Origin: Burkholderiales bacterium | GTDB taxonomy: Bacteria > Pseudomonadota > Gammaproteobacteria > Burkholderiales > Ga0077523 | DNA: 64,000 nucleotides | Assembly (NCBI GenBank): GCA_019747905.1 | Contig: JAIEQG010000013.1 | Coordinates: 50,482 to 114,481, forward strand | Direction: 5' to 3' | Shown here: in pieces, positions 16,838-24,265 of the stretch | How positions within the stretch are numbered: position 1 is the stretch's first letter | Layout of the letters: each line of letters starts with the position of its first letter | Program-made: the position numbers and the translations under genes | The notes under the pieces: model-generated | The model's database searches: none | Told to the model about the DNA's origin: nothing | The model's input: only the letters and a program-made list of their open reading frames with translations

Positions 16838-17095
16838 ATGACCTGCACCCATCTCGACACCATTCAGGAAGTCACCCCGAGCGGCCGCGGCTGCAAGGAG
16901 TGCCTGGAGACGGGCGACACCTGGGTGCACCTGCGCCTGTGCCTCACCTGCGGCCACGTCGGATGCTGCGATTCGTCGAAGAACCGGCATGCGACGAAGC
17001 ACTTCCATGTGACGCAGCACCCGATCGTGCGGTCATTCGAACCCGGGGAAGACTGGGCTTGGTGCTTTGTCGACAGCGAATTCCTCGAAGTCTGA
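16838..17095 (+). CDS. UBP-type zinc-finger domain protein (stand-alone zf-UBP)
   Basis: 85 aa: CTHLDTI...GCKECLETGDTWVHLRLCLTCGHVGCCDSSKNRHATKHFHVTQHPIVRS. The Cys/His pattern matches zf-UBP. It starts 15 nt after the kinase stop. Confidence 0.85.
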   Translation: MTCTHLDTIQEVTPSGRGCKECLETGDTWVHLRLCLTCGHVGCCDSSKNRHATKHFHVTQHPIVRSFEPGEDWAWCFVDSEFLEV

Positions 17096-17168
17096 CCTCG
17101 AGCTTGCGGGCAGAGCCCGACGATCATATGCATTGCGCGGTAGGAACAACCTTGGTGTGGAGGCAAGG

Positions 17169-19199
17169 ATGACGAAGAAAAGCCCTGTCGGGACGAACAG
17201 ATGTTCGAACCTACTCAGGCGCGCGCTGGTTCACCATCTCGCCGCCGGATGCTCCTTCATGGCAGCGGCGTTCCCGGTGACAGCGATGGACGCAAGGGAC
17301 TTCGGTGCCGTTCGTTCACCTTTCCTCCCGCGGTTGGTCGCAGACGACGACCCTGAACTTTGTTCGATTGTATTGGCGTTGGCGCGGCGTACCTTTCTCT
17401 CCGGAGACTCTGACATGTGGGTCAATCGAGTCGATGGGAACGGTATTCGATGGGTCCCGTGGGAGGATCAGACGGCCTCTGAGGACTCGGCGCGCGGTCC
17501 CATACGTTCGATCGAACTTGATCTTGACGGCACCGGAACCAAACAGACTCTCGCCCTGCGCCACTACTTTCACACGTGGCGAGGTGAGAACTATTACGCC
17601 TTTGTCTTTCCGTCAAAGGGCAGTCTTGAATCGGTGATCAAGGATCCAAAGGCGGATTCCGACAATGGGGATACCGCAGAATCTCGATTGCCCGCCGATC
17701 CGGGGAGTCTGGATCCGGGTATTCGCTACTACCCGGATGGAGAGACGACGACTGGCGAAGCGGCAGAGGGAAGTGAATGGGAGGACCACCAACTCTTCGA
17801 GTTTCGGGGGCGCTACTACTTCTACGGATATCAGCATTGGCTGCACGGTCCACTGCAGAGGAGCCTTCCTGTCTATCGCCTGCAGGGGAACGGTCGATTG
17901 AAACCCGCTTGCAGGGTACAGATGTGGCCCATGGAGGACCGGGTCGCCGCCGCTGATTCCGTCGAGGGTGTTGCTGGTTACTTTGGAGTGCTTCGCCGCA
18001 TCGGTACTGGAGGTGTCGGCGACTGCGGAACGATGCATGCCAACGATATTCACGATTGGGGCGCCGAATTTGCGATGATGAATGCCATCATCCGCCCGTG
18101 GACCCTGTCCGAGCGGCGTCGCGAGGGCTCTGCGAAGTTGGAGCGAACGTTGATGGCGGATTGGAGTTTCGCTGGTGTCTGGAACCGCCGCGAGTATCAG
18201 ACCCTGCTGGAACATGAACCCTCGGCTTTGCAAGGCCTCGAGCGGCACTTCCAGAAGGCATTCGGGCTAAAGACAGACAACGCGCGGCGACAGGCGAAAC
18301 TCGCACTTGATCAGATAGTCGCAGCCTGGATCATGGTACCTGGCAGCTATGGAGACTTCCAAACGGTTGATCCGTTCCGGCAACGGATCATTCAAGGGAC
18401 CCTTACGAAAAGCGACATAGTCGAGTCGGGCAGTCCGAAGGAAGAAGGACGCGATGATCAATTGATTTTTCCCGTGTCGCCCTACCTCCACGACGCCGTG
18501 GAGTCCTCAAGTATTGCAAAGAGCTTGCTCGACGCCGGCTTCAGAGTTGATGCCAGGAACGACTTTGGCAAGACAGCCTTGATGATGGCTGCGCACATGA
18601 ATCGACCGGACGTGGTGGCACTGCTGCTTCGGCGCAAGGCCGCTGTTGATGCAAGGACCAAGGAGGTGAATCAGTGCGGCATGCAGATAAACCGAAGCGG
18701 TCGAACTGCGTTGATGTACGCAGCCGAGAATGCTGGCATCGAAGTGCTTCGATTGCTGGTCGAAGCGGGTGCGGACAGGAAGGCGGTGGACAGCCGCGGC
18801 GATGGCGTCGCTTACTATCTTGCCAAGAATCCCTACCTGACCGACGCGCAGAAACAGATGGATGTGGGCGCTCTCGTCAATAGCGTGCGACCGGTCCAGG
18901 GACCGAGCTTCAAATGCGGACCTGCATTGAGCGCCATAGATCGCCTGGTGTGCTCGGATGGCGTGCTTGCAATGCAAGATCGGTATCTCGCCGATGCCTA
19001 CGCCCGGTGGCTATCCCGCAAGGGCGAAGAAGCACGCAGGGACCAACGCACATGGCTCGCGCGCAGAAACAAGACCTGCGGCGCATTGACGAAGGACGAA
19101 AGTTTATCGTGCCTGCAGCAGTCCACACGTACGCGAATCCGCTACCTCCAGAATCGCTTGGCTGAGCAGGGAACAGACGCAGCCGGCGCGCGCCGCTGA
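17169..19199 (+). CDS. exported protein: unknown ~440-aa N-terminal domain + ankyrin repeats + DUF1311/LprI-like C-terminal domain
   Basis: ATG at 17169 with GGAGG upstream. The hydrophobic leader is HHLAAGCSFMAAAFPVTAMDA. Ankyrin repeats include GKTALMMAAHMNRPDVVALLLRRKAAVDA and GRTALMYAAENAGIEVLRLLVEAGADR. The C-terminus reads FKCGPALSAIDRLVCSDGVLAMQDRYLADAYARWL...QRTWLARRNKTCG...LSCLQQSTRTRIRYLQNRL. GC content is visibly lower than the flanks. Confidence 0.8.
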   Translation: MTKKSPVGTNRCSNLLRRALVHHLAAGCSFMAAAFPVTAMDARDFGAVRSPFLPRLVADDDPELCSIVLALARRTFLSGDSDMWVNRVDGNGIRWVPWEDQTASEDSARGPIRSIELDLDGTGTKQTLALRHYFHTWRGENYYAFVFPSKGSLESVIKDPKADSDNGDTAESRLPADPGSLDPGIRYYPDGETTTGEAAEGSEWEDHQLFEFRGRYYFYGYQHWLHGPLQRSLPVYRLQGNGRLKPACRVQMWPMEDRVAAADSVEGVAGYFGVLRRIGTGGVGDCGTMHANDIHDWGAEFAMMNAIIRPWTLSERRREGSAKLERTLMADWSFAGVWNRREYQTLLEHEPSALQGLERHFQKAFGLKTDNARRQAKLALDQIVAAWIMVPGSYGDFQTVDPFRQRIIQGTLTKSDIVESGSPKEEGRDDQLIFPVSPYLHDAVESSSIAKSLLDAGFRVDARNDFGKTALMMAAHMNRPDVVALLLRRKAAVDARTKEVNQCGMQINRSGRTALMYAAENAGIEVLRLLVEAGADRKAVDSRGDGVAYYLAKNPYLTDAQKQMDVGALVNSVRPVQGPSFKCGPALSAIDRLVCSDGVLAMQDRYLADAYARWLSRKGEEARRDQRTWLARRNKTCGALTKDESLSCLQQSTRTRIRYLQNRLAEQGTDAAGARR

Positions 19200-19277
19200 G
19201 GCGGACGTCACGGCAGCGCTTGTGTGACCCACCGTTTCGTCCATTTCCAGGGCAGCCGGTGCCCGGCAGAAACCGCT

Positions 19278-19544
19278 TCACCCCCTGCTGCGCTCCCGCC
19301 GATTCGTCAGGGTCGCCCGAACGGACTCCACCAATCCGGAAGTCAGTGGTGGAGTAGCGGCATGCGGTTCGGCCACCAGAAAGCGGCCTGTCTTGATCAG
19401 CTCTACGGGCAGGGGCTCCGCGCAGATCTCCACGATGCCGTCGGAAAGACGTATCGACAGAGGTGTCCCAGGGGTCAGCCCCGCCCCTTCCCTGATGTCC
19501 TTGGGGATCAAGACTCTTCCAGCCCTATCGATGGCAGTGTTCAT
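19278..19544 (-). CDS. AbrB/MazE/SpoVT-domain protein, VapB-like antitoxin (no adjacent toxin gene)
   Basis: 88 aa: MNTAIDRAGRVLIPKDIREGAGLTPGTPLSIRLSDGIVEICAEP...GRFLVAEPHAATPPLTSGLVESVRATL. The rest of track ORF 19278..20168 is a spurious extension. Confidence 0.7.
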   Translation of the reverse strand: MNTAIDRAGRVLIPKDIREGAGLTPGTPLSIRLSDGIVEICAEPLPVELIKTGRFLVAEPHAATPPLTSGLVESVRATLTNRRERSRG

Positions 19545-19726
19545 GGCGTTGATACTACCGTGGAGACTGCCATGATCGGGACGCTTCGTGCCAGCACGGA
19601 GCGCACCGCTCCCGAGCCTTGGTAGCGCCGCGCGGGTCATTGCCGAAGCAACAACCGCCACTCGGCATCGCACGCTGATGCGAAACCGAGCGGTGCGGCG
19701 ACATCGGAGCGGTACTCGGTGTCGAG

Positions 19727-20068
19727 CTATCGAACGCCAAGCAACTCCACCTCGAACACCAGCGTCGCATTCGGCGGTATCACCCCACCGGCCCCACGCG
19801 CGCCGTAGCCGAGTTCCGGCGGGATCGTGAGCTTGCGCTTGCCGCCCACCTTCATGCCCTGCACGCCCTCGTCCCAGCCGGCGATCACCTGCCGCTGGCC
19901 GAGTCCGAAGACGAACGGATCGTGGCGATCCTTGCTCGAGTCGAATTTCGAGCCGTCGGTCAGCCAGCCGGTGTAGTGCACGGTGACCTGGCGGCCGGCG
20001 GTGGCTTCGTCGCCGTCGCCGACGGTGAGTTCGTCGATGATGAGGCCGGTTGCGGTGGTGTTGGGCAT
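19727..20068 (-). CDS. FKBP-type peptidyl-prolyl cis-trans isomerase
   Basis: [89 protein letters not shown]. Confidence 0.9.
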   Translation of the reverse strand: MPNTTATGLIIDELTVGDGDEATAGRQVTVHYTGWLTDGSKFDSSKDRHDPFVFGLGQRQVIAGWDEGVQGMKVGGKRKLTIPPELGYGARGAGGVIPPNATLVFEVELLGVR

Positions 20069-20169
20069 GGCAGTCTCGCTGTCGTGAGGAAGTCGCGCAT
20101 TGTAGACGGGCGCGCGGTCCCGTATCGTCGCGGCGAACGCCAATAAGACGCGTGCACGGAGGCAACACG

Positions 20170-21018
20170 ATGAGCGCCAGCTTGAGCGCGGCCGAACTCG
20201 ATCACTATCGCGAACACGGCTACGTATTTCCCCGGTATCGGTTGCCGGACGATTTGCTGCAGCGGCTGCGCGCCGCCACCGACGGGTTGCTCGCCACCTA
20301 TACCGACGTGGCGCAGGAAGATCTTGCCAACCCGCACATGATTCCGCCCACCACCGGGCCGGACCTGAATCCCTTCATGGCCGCGGCCCAGGATCCCGGT
20401 GTGCTCGATCTGGTGGAGCAGGTGCTCGGGCCGGACCTGATCCTGTGGATCACGCGCGTGCTGTGCAAGCCGCCGACCATCGGCCGGGAGGTCCCCTGGC
20501 ACCAGGATGGCGAGTACTGGCCCATGCGGCCGTTGGCGACCGCCTCGGTGTGGATCGCGATCGATCCGGTATCGCCCGCGAACGGCTGCATGCGGTTCAT
20601 CCCCGGCTCTCATCGCCGTCAGGAGCTCTATCGCCACCACGTGAGCGAACGCAAGAACCTGGTCCTCAACCTGGAGCTCGATGCCGACCAGTTCGACGAA
20701 GCCACCGCGGTCAACGTGGAACTGGAGCCCGGTGAGATGTCGATCCACGACGTGCGGCTGATCCACGGATCGCTCGCCAACACCTCGGGCCAGCGGCGCG
20801 CGGCGCTGATCATGCGCTACATGCCGGCGACGTCGCACTACGACCGTTCGCTGGTGCGCCAGCGCAAGGACAACAGCCCGTTCAACATCTACGACCAGCC
20901 GCTGTGGCTGTTGCGGGGGGGTGATCGCAGCGGGCACAACGATCTCACGCACGGTCACGAGCTCTGGAAGCAGCGTTACGCCGGCGGCGTCGGCGTGGCC
21001 TCGGGCAGCGCGGGCTGA
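20170..21018 (+). CDS. phytanoyl-CoA dioxygenase family (Fe/2OG) protein
   Basis: ATG at 20170 with GGAGG upstream. Sequence [17 protein letters not shown]...[12 protein letters not shown]...[21 protein letters not shown]...[13 protein letters not shown]. Confidence 0.85.
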   Translation: MSASLSAAELDHYREHGYVFPRYRLPDDLLQRLRAATDGLLATYTDVAQEDLANPHMIPPTTGPDLNPFMAAAQDPGVLDLVEQVLGPDLILWITRVLCKPPTIGREVPWHQDGEYWPMRPLATASVWIAIDPVSPANGCMRFIPGSHRRQELYRHHVSERKNLVLNLELDADQFDEATAVNVELEPGEMSIHDVRLIHGSLANTSGQRRAALIMRYMPATSHYDRSLVRQRKDNSPFNIYDQPLWLLRGGDRSGHNDLTHGHELWKQRYAGGVGVASGSAG

Positions 21019-21029
21019 AGGTTGCAAGG

Positions 21030-21497
21030 TTGATGGAACGTTCCGACGGCGTCTGCCGCCTGGTGCTCGACACGAACGTCTGGCTCGACTGGCTGGTATT
21101 CGCGGACGCTTCGGTTCAGGCGATTCGCACTGGGGTCCAGGCGCGGCGAATCGAGATAGTGATGAACCCGCCTTGTCGCGACGAACTCGAGCGCGCACTA
21201 GGCTACCCCTTTCGGGGGGAAGTGGCGCCCGCCGACGTCCAGGCGCTCTGGATGGTGGAAGCCCTCGGCATGGTCCGGCAGATCAAGTTGAACGGGGCCT
21301 CCGTGGTGGGTCGGCTGCCGCGATGTCACGACCCCGACGACCAGAAGTTTCTCGAGCTTGCCCTCGATGCCAGTGCGGACTTTCTGGTGACGCGCGACAA
21401 GGCGCTGCTCGTGTTCGCCCGCCGCCGCTTCCAGCCGCTGCCGTTTCGCGTCATGACGCCGCTGCAGTTCAGTGAGGTAAACGCACTGTCGGCTTGA
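21030..21497 (+). CDS. PIN-domain protein (stand-alone putative toxin/RNase type)
   Basis: RLVLDTNVWLDWLVF...DPDDQKFLELALDASADFLVTRDKALL gives the conserved acidic PIN residues. It starts 11 nt after the dioxygenase gene. No small antitoxin ORF lies adjacent. Confidence 0.75.
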   Translation: MMERSDGVCRLVLDTNVWLDWLVFADASVQAIRTGVQARRIEIVMNPPCRDELERALGYPFRGEVAPADVQALWMVEALGMVRQIKLNGASVVGRLPRCHDPDDQKFLELALDASADFLVTRDKALLVFARRRFQPLPFRVMTPLQFSEVNALSA

Positions 21498-21650
21498 AAC
21501 GCGCCGCGCTCGCACCAACCTTCGCCGGGAATGCTCGATTTCGGGCCACCCACCTACCTCGCTGCTTGGCAATGGAAGCCCGTGCGCCCCAGGTTCCCTG
21601 GGCGCGGGGCCCAATGCGGTAACGAGGGCAACACAAGAAAGGCGAATGCG

Positions 21651-24071
21651 ATGAATCAGTGGTTTACGCCTCAGTCTGTCCTCTCCGACGACGATGCGCG
21701 GTCGGCGCCTGGTGGCGAACCGCGCCGTCGCGGTGCGCCGCTTCGCCCCTTGCCGCCGGATGCGCTGATCCTCATCCCGGCGCGCAACGTCGTCCTGTAT
21801 CCCGGTGTCGTCTCGCCTGTGACCATCGGTCGCGCCACTTCGGTTGCCGCTGCACAAGCAGCTGTCCAATCGGAGCAACGCGTCGGTTTTCTGCTCCAGC
21901 GCGATGCCGAGCAGAATGATGTCCGTCCCAACGACCTGCACTGGGTCGGCACGGCAGGTCGCATCGTACGTTACGTGACAGGCCAGGACGGCTCGCATCA
22001 TCTCGTCGTGCAAGGCGAGGAACGCTTCCGTGTGCTCGAGTTCCTCGAGGGCTGGCCGTTCCTGGTGGGCCGCGTCGCACTCATCGCGCCGGCGGATGAA
22101 ACCGGACCCGAGATCGAAGCGCGCTTTCTCCAGTTGAAGGAAAAGGCAGTCGAGGCGATCCGTCTGCTGCCCAATGCGCCCGACGAGTTCATTCCGGTCG
22201 TGCAAGGCATGGAATCGGCCGGCGCGCTCGCGGACACAGTCGCGAACCTGATCGACGTCAAGCGCGAGGACAAGCAGGACATCCTCGAGACGTTCGATCT
22301 CACGCGCCGTCTCGATCGGGTGCTGGCATTGCTCGCCGCGCGTGTCGAGGTGCTGCGCCTTTCCAAGGAGATCGGCGACAAGACCAGGAAGGAATTCGAC
22401 GATCGCCAACGCGAGCATGTGCTGCGTGAACAGATGCGCCAGATCCAGAAGGAACTCGGCGATGGCGAAGATACGGCCGCGGAGATCGAAGGGCTGAAGA
22501 CGGCAGTCGAGTCTGCCGGGATGCCCGACGAAACGTTGAAGCACGCGCGCAAGGAACTGAAGCGCCTGGAACGCATGGGCGAGAGTTCGGGCGAGGCGTC
22601 GATGGTGCGCACGTATCTCGAGTGGCTGACCGAGTTGCCCTGGAAGGCCGACGACATCAAGTCGATCGACATCGCCGAGGCCCGCAGGGTGCTCGACGAG
22701 GATCACTTCGGTCTCGACAAGATCAAGCGGCGCATCCTCGAGTTCCTCGCAGTTCGCAAGCTCAATCCGGAAGGCAAGAGCCCGATCCTGTGCTTCGTCG
22801 GCCCGCCCGGCGTGGGCAAGACGTCGCTCGGCCAGTCGATCGCGAAGGCCACCGGCCGGACGTTCCAGCGCGTGGCGCTGGGCGGCGTGCACGACGAAGC
22901 GGAGATTCGTGGTCACCGGCGTACCTACATCGGTTCGCTGCCCGGCAACATCGTCCAGGCATTGAAGCGCGCCGGGTCACGCACGGGCGTGCTGCTGTTC
23001 GACGAGGTCGACAAGCTCGGCGCAGGCGGATTCCATGGCGATCCGTCGTCGGCGCTGCTCGAGGTGCTCGATCCGGAGCAGAACTCCAAGTTCCGCGATA
23101 ACTACCTCGGCGTCGACTTCGATCTGTCGAAGGTGATGTTCATCGCCACCGCGAACCAGCTCGACACCATTCCGGGGCCGTTGCGCGACCGCATGGAAAT
23201 CATCCAGCTTCCCGGTTACACGGAAGAGGAAAAGCTAGAGATCGCGCGCCGTTACCTCGTGAAGCGCCAGCTTGAAGCCAATGGCCTCTCCGCGGAGCAG
23301 GTGGCGGTCACCGATGCGGCGCTACGCAGGATCATCGGCGAGTACACGCGCGAAGCGGGTGTGCGCAATCTCGAACGCGAAGTCGGTTCGGTCCTGCGCC
23401 GGGTGGCGATGCGTATCGCGGAAGGCGAAGCCGGACCGATCACGGTGGACGGCAACGACCTGCACGCGATTCTTGGTGCGGCGCGGTTCGAGAACGAAGT
23501 GGCGCAGCGTGCCGGCTTGCCGGGCGTGGCGACGGGTCTTGCCTGGACGCCCGTGGGCGGTGACATCCTCTTCATCGAATCCGCGAAGGTGCAGGGCTCG
23601 GGCAAGTTGATCCTGACCGGGCAACTCGGTGATGTGATGAAGGAGTCAGCGCAAGCCGCACTCACGCTTGCCAAGACCTGGACCGGTCGCAAGCTCGACG
23701 ACGTCGATATCCACGTGCATGTGCCCGCGGGCGCGACACCGAAGGATGGTCCGAGTGCGGGTGTGGCGATGTTCCTGTCGCTCGTCTCGTTGCTCACCGA
23801 CAAGCCGGTGCGCGCTGACGTGGCGATGACCGGCGAGATCTCGCTGCGCGGGCTGGTCCTGCCCATCGGTGGCGTCAAGGAAAAGACCCTGGCCGCACTG
23901 CGCGCCGGTGTCACCACCGTGATGCTGCCGCGGCGCAACGCGAAGGATCTCGACGACGTGCCGGCCGAAGCGCGCGAGAAGCTGCAGTTCGTGCTGCTCG
24001 ATCGGGTCGAGGATGCGGTGCGTACGGCGATCGACGGGGTGCCGCCGGTGACGGAGCAGGCGGCGGCCTGA
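21651..24071 (+). CDS. lon: ATP-dependent Lon protease (endopeptidase La)
   Basis: Start at MNQWF (21651). Walker A reads FVGPPGVGKTSLGQSIA, followed by LFDEVDKL. The protease motif PKDGPSAGVAMFLSLVS is followed by MTGEISLRG. Confidence 0.95.
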   Translation: MNQWFTPQSVLSDDDARSAPGGEPRRRGAPLRPLPPDALILIPARNVVLYPGVVSPVTIGRATSVAAAQAAVQSEQRVGFLLQRDAEQNDVRPNDLHWVGTAGRIVRYVTGQDGSHHLVVQGEERFRVLEFLEGWPFLVGRVALIAPADETGPEIEARFLQLKEKAVEAIRLLPNAPDEFIPVVQGMESAGALADTVANLIDVKREDKQDILETFDLTRRLDRVLALLAARVEVLRLSKEIGDKTRKEFDDRQREHVLREQMRQIQKELGDGEDTAAEIEGLKTAVESAGMPDETLKHARKELKRLERMGESSGEASMVRTYLEWLTELPWKADDIKSIDIAEARRVLDEDHFGLDKIKRRILEFLAVRKLNPEGKSPILCFVGPPGVGKTSLGQSIAKATGRTFQRVALGGVHDEAEIRGHRRTYIGSLPGNIVQALKRAGSRTGVLLFDEVDKLGAGGFHGDPSSALLEVLDPEQNSKFRDNYLGVDFDLSKVMFIATANQLDTIPGPLRDRMEIIQLPGYTEEEKLEIARRYLVKRQLEANGLSAEQVAVTDAALRRIIGEYTREAGVRNLEREVGSVLRRVAMRIAEGEAGPITVDGNDLHAILGAARFENEVAQRAGLPGVATGLAWTPVGGDILFIESAKVQGSGKLILTGQLGDVMKESAQAALTLAKTWTGRKLDDVDIHVHVPAGATPKDGPSAGVAMFLSLVSLLTDKPVRADVAMTGEISLRGLVLPIGGVKEKTLAALRAGVTTVMLPRRNAKDLDDVPAEAREKLQFVLLDRVEDAVRTAIDGVPPVTEQAAA

Positions 24072-24121
24072 GGTTGTTGTCCACCCGGTTCGGCGGACAG
24101 CATCTCCACGCGCGGGTGCGC

Positions 24122-24252
24122 GGCCCCCATCCCAACCTTCCCCCGGCGAAGCCGGGGGAAGGGGTGTAAAGCTCTCTCCCCCGACGAAGTCGGGGGAAAG
24201 GGTGTAAAGCTCCCTCCCCCGACGGAGTCGGGGGAGGGCTGGGGTGGGGGCC
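24122..24252 (+). repeat. nested-hairpin intergenic repeat, family 1, expanded copy (three internal hairpins)
   Basis: Outer arms GGCCCCCATCCCAACC / GGCTGGGGTGGGGGCC enclose three hairpins. These are CCTTCCCCCGGC-gaa-GCCGGGGGAAGG, CTCTCCCCCGAC-gaa-GTCGGGGGAAAG and CCCTCCCCCGAC-gga-GTCGGGGGAGGG, separated by GGTGTAAAGCT. The copy lies between the convergent lon and uvrA-like ends. Confidence 0.8.
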
Positions 24253-24265
24253 AGACGCCGAATAC

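Noticed and set aside
17096-19277. Mobile-element hallmarks (integrase, transposase, tRNA target, flanking direct repeats) around the low-GC ankyrin gene.
   Set aside because: None were found by eye at either boundary. The island hypothesis rests only on composition and on the truncated antitoxin module next door.
24122-24252. Possible mini CRISPR array, seen as three similar roughly 27-nt palindromic units at regular spacing.
   Set aside because: The spacers are the identical 11-nt string GGTGTAAAGCT rather than unique 30-40-nt sequences. The units are enclosed by complementary outer arms, and the same element occurs with two units at 47716 and 50007. No cas genes are present.
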